A stretch of 55,422 nt of DNA from Candidatus Stahliibacteriota bacterium (GCA_004377355.1 SOIB01000086.1:1-55422), one strand, 5' to 3'; shown: positions 9,317 to 16,588, numbered from the stretch's first letter. Notes: a model not told the origin generated them from the sequence alone. Made by a program: numbers and translations.

Positions 9317-9937
9317 TTACTGATGTTTTGCAATAATTATAAACATTTCATCATTATCTATCTTAACGATAACTTTTAATCCAGAGGATTCCATCATTTT
9401 TGCAATTTCTCTCATTGTTGGTAAAAAATCAGCACTTACTTCTAAAGTATCTTTATGCAAATTATTTATAGCATCTCTAGACTCGGAATGTGCAATCATT
9501 AATTTTCCACCCTTTTTTAACCCTTTTACTAAGTGTTTGACCGTTTCAACTTTATCAGAAAAATGTGGGAAACACGAATAACAAAGAATTGAATCATATT
9601 CATTGAGCATAGAAAGAGCGATAATATCCTTGATTAAGAACTTAACATTTGGATATTCTTGGGGAGGGTACTTTCGTTTTGATAACTCTATCATTTTTTT
9701 CGAGTAATCAACAGCGACTATCTTACCTTTTCTTTGAACGTAACTGTATAAATAGGGTATCATCACACCTGTTCCGGTTCCAACATCCAATACAGTTTGC
9801 CCTTGTTGTAGCGAGAGAAGTTTTACTATAAATTCCAATTTTTCAGGGTCATGAGAGGTTATTTCGTCCCATTCTTTCGATTGTTTATTAAAAAATTCTT
9901 TTTGGTGAGGATTTTTGGAATGCATTTTATTTTCCAC
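9317..9937 (-). CDS. class I SAM-dependent methyltransferase
   Basis: 206 aa with motif I VLDVGTGTGVM and a typical UbiE/ArsM-like fold pattern. Confidence 0.8.
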   Translation of the reverse strand: MENKMHSKNPHQKEFFNKQSKEWDEITSHDPEKLEFIVKLLSLQQGQTVLDVGTGTGVMIPYLYSYVQRKGKIVAVDYSKKMIELSKRKYPPQEYPNVKFLIKDIIALSMLNEYDSILCYSCFPHFSDKVETVKHLVKGLKKGGKLMIAHSESRDAINNLHKDTLEVSADFLPTMREIAKMMESSGLKVIVKIDNDEMFIIIAKHQ

Positions 9938-9949
9938 CTCTAAAGTATT

Positions 9950-10561
9950 CTATCCTTTTTCTTCTAAATCTTTCACAAACAACATAGGATAAACAATATC
10001 GCTTCCGCAGGCAGGAATCCATACAGCAATGAATAGGAATAAAACTATGACAATACTTGAGACCCAATCCATCTTTCCACCTAGAGCCATAATAATATGG
10101 AACAAAGACGCACCAGTGCTAAGAAAGACATGAACAGTATGGGGGAATTTACTCCTTGTCCAGAAATATGCAATAGTTACTCCTAATAGTGCAAATGGAT
10201 TTATAAGATACCATTTCTCAATAAAACCTATATGAATTCCTCTGTTTGGTAAATCAAGCAAGACTTCTCCAATATATGGAATAATTGAATCACTTATTGT
10301 AGCAATAACAATAACCCCGGTATAACCAATCAGATAGAACAACCAGATATTAAATCCCTTTTCCTGTCTGTGGGTCTTATATAAGGAAGCAGTAGCCATG
10401 GCACTAAAGATAACATGAAGAGGATGGAATATGTAAAAAATATTAAAAGTAATCCTCTGTGGAAGATTATGGAAAAGAAGCATTATAACAATCCCGGAAA
10501 CAACTCCAATTGTAGTATGCGGAAGATGATTTTTTAGTTCTTTTGATATTACCTTAAACAT
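9950..10561 (-). CDS. polytopic integral membrane protein, His-rich, unknown function (possible metal transporter)
   Basis: 203 aa with about 6 predicted TM segments and conserved-looking His/Cys residues (HPLHVIFS, HTVHVF, PACGSD). It sits 12 nt upstream of the methyltransferase, which suggests an operon. Confidence 0.55.
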   Translation of the reverse strand: MFKVISKELKNHLPHTTIGVVSGIVIMLLFHNLPQRITFNIFYIFHPLHVIFSAMATASLYKTHRQEKGFNIWLFYLIGYTGVIVIATISDSIIPYIGEVLLDLPNRGIHIGFIEKWYLINPFALLGVTIAYFWTRSKFPHTVHVFLSTGASLFHIIMALGGKMDWVSSIVIVLFLFIAVWIPACGSDIVYPMLFVKDLEEKG

Positions 10562-10718
10562 ATTACAAACCTGTGTAATGCGTTAACATAATTGTTTGCA
10601 ATTAACACATAAATAAGTTTTATTTGTTGTCAAGGGGGCGAACCCTTGAAACCTTGACCCCTTGAACCCCTATTTTTTAAACGGTTGCTTTATTTGGGGG
10701 TACCCATATAATCGCACG

Positions 10719-11360
10719 ATGGATAATGAAACTATAGTAAAGGTTTTAGAGATACTAAAGAAAGAAAGCAAGAAATGGAAGGATCCTATTGTTACAGAAA
10801 TCGCAAATGTAACTAAAGATCCCTTTCGAATACTCATTTCAACAGTGCTTAGTGCAAGAACTAAAGATGCTGTTACACGGATAACCTCAAGTCGCTTGTT
10901 TGAAAGAGCATCTACACCTGAAGATATGGAAAAACTTTCGTCTGAAGAGATAGAGAAATTGATATACCCAGTTGGTTTTTACAAAACAAAAGCAATAAGG
11001 ATTCCTGACCTGGTTAAGACATTGATAGATAGATATGACGGAAAAGTCCCTGATAACCTTGAGGAATTACTGAAGTTACCTGGAGTAGGGAGGAAAACTG
11101 CCAATCTCGTCATAACACTGGGCTTTGGAAAGCCAGGCATATGCGTAGATACACATGTCCACAGAATATCAAACAGATTTGGATATGTTATTACGAAAAC
11201 ACCTGAAGAAACAGAACTTGCACTAAGAGAAAAACTTCCACTTAAATGGTGGATTACTTATAATGATCTTCTTGTTACACTTGGTCAGAACCTGTGCTTA
11301 CCTCGCAATCCAAAATGTGAGGAATGTCCAGTCAAAAATTATTGCAATAAAAAGATATAA
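10719..11360 (+). CDS. nth: endonuclease III
   Basis: Has the HhH-GPD motif [15 protein letters not shown] and the C-terminal [4Fe-4S] ligands [18 protein letters not shown] prefer ATG 10719 (MDNETIVK...) over the track's TTG at 10662, which lies inside a repeat array. Confidence 0.9.
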   Translation: MDNETIVKVLEILKKESKKWKDPIVTEIANVTKDPFRILISTVLSARTKDAVTRITSSRLFERASTPEDMEKLSSEEIEKLIYPVGFYKTKAIRIPDLVKTLIDRYDGKVPDNLEELLKLPGVGRKTANLVITLGFGKPGICVDTHVHRISNRFGYVITKTPEETELALREKLPLKWWITYNDLLVTLGQNLCLPRNPKCEECPVKNYCNKKI

Positions 11361-11467
11361 ATTTAAATTTGTTCTTAATTTTATCAAATAAATCTAAAAA
11401 CATTTTTACCCTAATTATAAAATAGGCAGTGTCCAGTCAAAAATTATTGTAAAAAAAAGATATAAAT
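11325..11467 (+). repeat. 105-bp-period direct duplication of the nth 3' end
   Basis: Positions 11325-11362 (the last 36 nt of nth including the stop, plus 2 nt) recur at 11430-11467 with 36/38 identity. A further ~30 nt of weaker similarity follows each copy. Confidence 0.8.
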
Positions 11468-11473
11468 AATATT

Positions 11474-11871
11474 TTGTCCACAAATTTAATCAAATGATAT
11501 AAATAATTATATCCTACTCATTCACTTGATAATCAATATTTTATCAAGTGATTGAAAGTTATAAACATTTTTTTAACAAAAAGGTTTTATTAATTTTCTA
11601 ATATTAATCAGTTGTAAAAGATTCTAAGATTCTATTTCTAAGAATTTATATGCGCGTAATTAAGAAAATACAAATATAATTAAAGGATGTTATGCAACAA
11701 ACGACAGCGATTAATAAATAAAAAGTATATGTACTATATTAGGAGGGGTTTTGCTAACTTGCTAAAAATTAAGCGTTTATGATAAATAATTGTGGATAAG
11801 TTGCATAGTATATCATATTGATATATAATTAGTTAAATGGAATTACGTGTTTTATCAACGAGTTATCCACA
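11474..11871. promoter_or_regulatory. DnaA-box cluster in an AT-rich spacer (candidate oriC)
   Basis: Perfect TGTGGATAA at 11791-11799 and perfect TTATCCACA at 11863-11871. TTGTCCACA at 11474-11482 has one mismatch. There is a weaker TTATCAACG at 11852-11860 and a 10-bp-arm palindrome CACTTGATAA-N8-TTATCAAGTG at 11523-11550. Confidence 0.35.
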
Positions 11872-11951
11872 CCGTGTTGATTTGACATTATGGGGTCAAA
11901 TTTCTGGTGTGCTGGTTAATTTTTGGTCATAACTTAAATTACTTCTTTTTC

Positions 11952-11979
11952 TTGACATATAAGGGTTTGTTTCTATAAT
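11952..11979 (+). promoter_or_regulatory. near-consensus sigma70-type promoter (TTGACA-N16-TATAAT) abutting the start codon
   Basis: TTGACA at 11952-11957 and TATAAT at 11974-11979. The ATG at 11989 has no SD in between, which suggests a very short or absent leader. Confidence 0.5.
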
Positions 11980-11988
11980 CATAAAACT

Positions 11989-13590
11989 ATGACATTGATA
12001 TTTTTGTTCATATCTACTGTGTGTATCAATGAAGTTATGTCAAATCCACTAGGAGGGAGTGGTGCAGGTGCCCCTGAAGACAGAAATGAATTTGTTGAAA
12101 TTTTTAATAAAGGAGTGGATACTATTGATATTTACAACTGGAAGATAACAGATTTTGACTCAGAGGATAACATTTTTCCGTTCACATTTTTATCAGGGGA
12201 TTCCAATACTAGTATTCCTCCGGGAAAATATGCTTTAATAATGGATCCTGAGTATGTGGATTCAGGAGAAAATTATATGCCATATGGGATACCTTCCTGC
12301 ATTTTGCTTCGCGTTGGTAATACTACAATTGGAAATGGTCTTGAAAATAACGATTCTATTGCTCTTATTAGTCCTGATGGTGAGACTATAAGTACATATT
12401 ATCATCCTTTTAACGCTGGAAATGGTATCTCAGTTGAAAGGATTTCTCCGTCTATAAGTGACATCCCTCTGAACTGGGGCTCATGCAAAGATTCTACTGG
12501 CTCTACTCCTGGATTTGTAAATTCAATATATTCTCCCCCTGATTTTTCTCTTGATACAATATATGTAAAGGACTATGAAGTTAATATATGGATAAAAAAT
12601 ACTACAGATACAGTCCTTAGTGGTACAATTAATGTCTATGATGATGAAAATCAAAATAGAGAATTAGAGCCAGTTGAACTGATTGATTCTTATTCTCTTT
12701 TAAATATTCCACAGGATTCGGTTGTAAAGATGGCGTTTTCTATTGAAATTGAAGGGGTATATTTGCTTGGATTTCAATTTTTACATAAAAATATTTTCAT
12801 AAGGGTTAGAATTAATATGGGAATTTCAAATTTAATACTAAATGAAGTAATGTATGCACCAGAGGAGACCTCTGAGTGGATAGAATTATACAATCGTTCT
12901 ATCTATGAATATTATCTTGATTCATGCTGGATAAATGAAAAGCTTTTATCAAAAAAAATTCTAATTCCTCCAGGTGAATATTTAGTATTAGCCGATGATT
13001 CATCTAAATTTTTTGCGTATTATGGGAATATACCTGCTACTCTTCTTAAAGTAGATCTTTCACTTTCAAATAGTGGAGATTCTGTGCATATTTTTGATGA
13101 AAATGGATTTCTCATTGATAGATGTATTTATAGTGCGAATGATGCAGAGAGAAATTATACTTTAGAAAAGGTAAGTCCTGATATTAGAAGTGAAAACCCT
13201 TCAAATTGGGGACAGTCAATTATGCAAGGCGGAACACCTGGTTTACGTAATTCAATTTTTGCAGAGTATAAACCAGAGGAAATAAGTCTTCTTGTAACTC
13301 CAGAACATTTTACTCCGAATGGAGATGGAATAAATGAAAGCTGTGTAATTTCTTTTGAACTTCCTTATACGAGAAATGAGGTAACCATAAGAATTTATGA
13401 TAGAAGGGGGCATCTTTTAAAGGAAAAAAGAGGATTTTATGGCGGAGAAAGGGGAGAATGGGTCTGGACTGGTAGAGATAATAAGGGTGATACGGTTAAT
13501 ATAGGACTATATATTATTTTTCTTTCCATTCGTGATATGGATACCAATATATCATCTTTCAGGAAGATAGTGGTTTCGGTTGGGAGATAA
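11989..13590 (+). CDS. lamin-tail-domain (LTD) x2 protein with FlgD-Ig/CHU_C-like C-terminal domain
   Basis: 533 aa with two LTD signatures (INEVMSNP...EFVEIFNKG; LNEVMYAPEETSEWIELYNRS). The C-terminus FTPNGDGINESCVISFEL...WTGRDNKGDTVNIGLY is typical of secretion or sorting tails in FCB-type lineages. Confidence 0.8.
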   Translation: MTLIFLFISTVCINEVMSNPLGGSGAGAPEDRNEFVEIFNKGVDTIDIYNWKITDFDSEDNIFPFTFLSGDSNTSIPPGKYALIMDPEYVDSGENYMPYGIPSCILLRVGNTTIGNGLENNDSIALISPDGETISTYYHPFNAGNGISVERISPSISDIPLNWGSCKDSTGSTPGFVNSIYSPPDFSLDTIYVKDYEVNIWIKNTTDTVLSGTINVYDDENQNRELEPVELIDSYSLLNIPQDSVVKMAFSIEIEGVYLLGFQFLHKNIFIRVRINMGISNLILNEVMYAPEETSEWIELYNRSIYEYYLDSCWINEKLLSKKILIPPGEYLVLADDSSKFFAYYGNIPATLLKVDLSLSNSGDSVHIFDENGFLIDRCIYSANDAERNYTLEKVSPDIRSENPSNWGQSIMQGGTPGLRNSIFAEYKPEEISLLVTPEHFTPNGDGINESCVISFELPYTRNEVTIRIYDRRGHLLKEKRGFYGGERGEWVWTGRDNKGDTVNIGLYIIFLSIRDMDTNISSFRKIVVSVGR

Positions 13591-13598
13591 AATAATTA

Positions 13599-13845
13599 GG
13601 TTTCAAGGGATCTAGGGTTCGAGGGTTTAAGTGAATTTTAAGTCTTCAGTCTACAGTCTCTAGTCTTGAGTCGAAAAAGCTTACAGCTAACAGCATCAAT
13701 GCAAAATGCAAAGTAAATGAGTAAATGAGTAGATGAGTAAAACTAACCTAAGACCAAAGACCTACTTTCTCTATGTTTATCTTTGGTTTCATTAACACAC
13801 AAACTGACCAACACACTAACCAATTTTATTGGATTCAAGGGGTCA
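13599..13845. repeat. concatenated short-period (7-8 bp) degenerate tandem word arrays
   Basis: Runs seen are GGTTTCAAG/GGATCTAG/GGTTCGAG/GGTTTAAG, then AGTCTTC/AGTCTAC/AGTCTCT/AGTCTTG, then GCTTACA/GCTAACA. These are followed by AATGCAA x2, AGTAAATG/AGTAAATG/AGTAGATG, and ACACACAA/ACTGACCA/ACACACTA. Confidence 0.85.
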
Positions 13846-13937
13846 TTTTTAGCTTACAGCCATAGGATCTTATAGGAAATATCACACACAACCCATCGTT
13901 ATCTTTTGAGAGATAACTTCCTAACATATTTAATAAA

Positions 13938-14126
13938 AGCCCGGGGAACCAATAAACAAGGAGGTTCAAATGACCCAAAAAGGAGGTTTTGCGAACAAGT
14001 CTTTGGCTTATCCCCGGGCTGATTATATGCCCATAAAAGTCCGGGAGACCAAAAAAGTATTTCAATAACCAATAAGGAGGTAATGGATGAAGGTTTACTA
14101 TCATATTTTGGGTTTTTCCCCGGACT
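13938..14126 (+). other. two tandem paralogous GC-clamped hairpin units carrying AGGAGGT sites (unknown RNA/DNA element)
   Basis: Unit A pairs AGCCCGGGGA (13938-13947) with TCCCCGGGCT (14011-14020) in 10 perfect bp, plus an inner CCAA/TTGG. Unit B pairs AGTCCGGG (14038-14045) with CCCGGACT (14119-14126), plus an inner CCAAAA/TTTTGG. Both units open with ATAAAAG[C/T]CCGGG..ACCAA and contain ACCAATAA..AAGGAGGT. Confidence 0.4.
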
Positions 14127-14416
14127 ACTTATATCTCCTTTTATATTATTATAATAACAATAATATTAATAATATCAAGGGGTACGGTCCATAGGGCGCT
14201 AAAACTATATGTTTGCTCGTGTGTGAGGCTGTTTTTTTGAAATTTTTGGGGAAGGGAAAAAAGCTCTTTTAGGAGAAGGATTATTAAGGAATGGATGGAG
14301 TTAAATTAAAGGTAGATGAACCTTTAAAAATCTAATGGTCCATTAGTTTTATCTGAATTATGATGATGTAGGTTGGATTTTTAACAGTAGCACAAAAACT
14401 TTTTCTTCCTGCTTCT

Positions 14417-14458
14417 CAAATTACACATATACGTTACGGACATAAATGTGTAATTTGG
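14417..14458. repeat. 12-bp-arm inverted repeat; its right half is one copy of a 23-nt dispersed repeat
   Basis: CAAATTACACAT (14417-14428) is followed by N17 and then ATGTGTAATTTG (14446-14457). ACGGACATAAATGTGTAATTTGG (14436-14458) is identical to the reverse complement of 55166-55188. Confidence 0.85.
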
Positions 14459-14549
14459 AGGGGGATGTGGTTAGAAAAAAGAGGGATAAAATGTCACAAA
14501 GCCTGCCCAATGAAATGTGTAACTATTTCATAAGGGACAAAGACAGGGC

Positions 14550-14912
14550 TTAAATATTTCTTAAATAATCCTTTTTTAAACTTTCCATACTAATTCTAAA
14601 CTCTTTTAATCTGTTTTCCTTTTCGTATTTTTTAGATGAATATATATTTCCGATGTAGAACCTTAGAAACACGAGAAGTGAAAGGCAACCACCAAGCATA
14701 TCCTCTTTCTTAAATCCATCATACATAAGATAAACTGACCCAGAATTCCAGAGAAACGAGAATATGCCATCCCATAAATTACCGGATAGAATCTGTCCTG
14801 AACCTGGGATAACGTAGGACATCTTCCAGTAATTTCGCTCACTTTGAACAAAATAAACCAATTCTCTTAAGTCCTTTTCCCTTTTATTGTCGCTAGAAAG
14901 AAGTAAATCCAC
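14550..14912 (-). CDS. small membrane protein, unknown function
   Basis: 120-aa ORF with a GTG start. An alternative ATG at 14822 gives MSYVIPGSGQILSGN..., with a PGxGQ motif and two hydrophobic segments. There is no strong SD. Confidence 0.5.
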   Translation of the reverse strand: MDLLLSSDNKREKDLRELVYFVQSERNYWKMSYVIPGSGQILSGNLWDGIFSFLWNSGSVYLMYDGFKKEDMLGGCLSLLVFLRFYIGNIYSSKKYEKENRLKEFRISMESLKKDYLRNI

Positions 14913-15005
14913 TTCGTCAAATTTCTTTGTAGGAAATAATGGGGTAAGGTATTGATTTTTGAATTTTCAATCATTCAATAAACAGTTTTATCTGGATCTA
15001 TTTTT

Positions 15006-15104
15006 GTGGATGGGTTGATGAGTAGATGGGTATATGGGTTAACAAAACTATAGTTTCTTTCTCTATAGATTTTCCCTTTGCGTTCTTTGCGTTCTTTGCG
15101 AGAG
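15006..15104 (+). repeat. two short-period arrays: NGATGNGT x4 (15006-15040) and TTTGCG(TTC/AGA) x3 (15077-15103)
   Basis: The sequence reads GTGGATGGGT TGATGAGT AGATGGGT ATATGGGT, and then TTTGCGTTC TTTGCGTTC TTTGCGAGAG. Confidence 0.85.
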
Positions 15105-15181
15105 ATTTATTGTGGAGCAAAGCGACCGTCCCTTGACTTTATTTTATCCAATCTTATTATTCTCAAAAAGAAGGTGAAAAC

Positions 15182-16588
15182 TTGAATAAATTAAAATTTG
15201 TGCTTCCTGTACTGCTTATTATAATAGGTGCAGGAGCAATCTTCTTTCTTATAAGGAGTAAGCCTGAAGTAAAAGATGTATTCCCGGAAGACTTCTTTAC
15301 CAAAGGTGCAAATGTTGAATGGATGGGTATATACCTTAAAGGACACAAAGTAGGATACCTTGCCTCAAGGATTGATTCAACCGAAGATGGATTCAGGGTG
15401 TATTCCAATACATATATTAAGATGACACCCATGGGAGAAATAGGAAGAGAAGTTAGTTATCAGGTGGCTGCTAACACTGATAGAGATTATAATCTTAAGG
15501 ACTTTCATTTCCGTTGGGTGTCAGGCGATTATATATTTAATGCTTTTGGAGAAAGAAAAGGTGATAAGTTGATTGTGGAGGTGGAGAGTGTGGGAGGGAA
15601 ACGAAAAATGGAGATCCCTCTTAAATCTTCCTATATGCCCGCGACTATTGAGGGAATGGTTAAGACTGGGAAAACGGGTACATTTCAATTTTTTGACCCA
15701 ACTCTTCAATCTATTTTTGATATAACTGTTAAGAATCTGGGCACTGACACATTGGATGGTGTCACAACCACCAAATATGCAGTTTATCAAACAGGTATTG
15801 AGATGTTCTTCTGGGTATCTCTAGAGGGAAAACTGTTAAGGCAAGAGTCTCCAATAGGACTTGTTATGAAAAGGGAACCTTTTGCAGATCTTTCTGATAT
15901 AGGAGCATCAGGTTTTAAGTTGTATGATTCGTATGCAATAAGACCAGATAAAGGGATTCAAAATCCAAGAGAACTAGAAATGCTTAAGGTTCGTCTTGAA
16001 AATGTTGACCTTACAGGTCTTCGAATTGAAGATGATCGTCAAAAAATCGTTGGGAATGTCCTTACAATAAAGAAAATAGGACCAGGTGATTCAGAAGAGA
16101 TACCAGAAGACATAGAATCCTTTCGGAAGCCTACTCCTTTTATACCCTGCGATAATAATATAGTGAAGGAGACAGCTTTGATAGTTATTGGAGATAAAAA
16201 AGGATGGGGGGCTGCAAAGAGAATTATTGCATTTGTTGATACAACATTAAAAGATAGCCCTACTTTTTCGATTCCCAATGCACTTGATGCATTAAGTTCA
16301 AGAGAAGGCGATTGTAATGAGCATTCATCACTTGCCGTTGCACTACTTCGCGCAGTAGGAATTCCAGCAAGGGTGGAAGTCGGGGTTGTTTACGTTGGGG
16401 TAGCTTTTTACTACCATGCATGGATAGGTATATTTATGGGTGGTAGATGGATAGCTTCTGATCCAACTTTTGGACAATTTATAGCGGATCCAACACATAT
16501 AAAACTGGAGTATGGTGGATTTGAAGAGCAGGCAAAACTCTATAAGGTGATAAACAAATTAAGAATATCAGTTCTTGAATATGATTGA
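15182..16588 (+). CDS. membrane-anchored transglutaminase-like (Cys protease fold) protein
   Basis: 468 aa with an N-terminal TM segment. The C-terminal core has the nucleophile context REGDCNEHSSLAVALLRAVGIPARV, then YHAWIGI and SDPT (Cys-His-Asp). TTG start with an AAGGTGA SD. Confidence 0.8.
   Translation: MNKLKFVLPVLLIIIGAGAIFFLIRSKPEVKDVFPEDFFTKGANVEWMGIYLKGHKVGYLASRIDSTEDGFRVYSNTYIKMTPMGEIGREVSYQVAANTDRDYNLKDFHFRWVSGDYIFNAFGERKGDKLIVEVESVGGKRKMEIPLKSSYMPATIEGMVKTGKTGTFQFFDPTLQSIFDITVKNLGTDTLDGVTTTKYAVYQTGIEMFFWVSLEGKLLRQESPIGLVMKREPFADLSDIGASGFKLYDSYAIRPDKGIQNPRELEMLKVRLENVDLTGLRIEDDRQKIVGNVLTIKKIGPGDSEEIPEDIESFRKPTPFIPCDNNIVKETALIVIGDKKGWGAAKRIIAFVDTTLKDSPTFSIPNALDALSSREGDCNEHSSLAVALLRAVGIPARVEVGVVYVGVAFYYHAWIGIFMGGRWIASDPTFGQFIADPTHIKLEYGGFEEQAKLYKVINKLRISVLEYD

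Noticed and set aside
10662-10718. N-terminal extensions proposed by longest-ORF starts (nth 10662, purN 17260, metG 25751, era 29578, map 31280, hpt 40657)
   Set aside because: The extensions precede the conserved family N-termini. They often start at TTG or GTG inside repeat arrays or upstream genes. The internal ATGs give canonical N-termini and compact ATGA-type overlaps.
13599-13845. Short tandem arrays considered as a CRISPR array
   Set aside because: The repeat period is 7-9 bp with no unique spacers, the units are degenerate, no cas genes are present, and the same words occur in many spacers. The architecture is incompatible with CRISPR.
13835-14104. 89-aa minus-strand ORF in the big spacer
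   Set aside because: It has no SD and an odd composition, and it runs straight through both GC-clamped hairpins. It is most simply a by-product of the palindromic sequence.
14035-14198. RNase P RNA-like strings AAAGTCCGGG (14036-14045) and CCATAGGGC (14189-14197)
   Set aside because: In genuine RNase P RNA these strings are contiguous, and the P4 partner lies about 250-300 nt downstream. Here AGTCCGGG pairs perfectly with CCCGGACT only 73 nt away as a local hairpin, the two strings are about 145 nt apart, and no ACAGAA-CCCGGCUUA-type 3' P4 strand or other conserved regions are present. I also found no SRP (GGAA tetraloop/AGCA motif) or tmRNA (tRNA-like ends, tag ORF) features.
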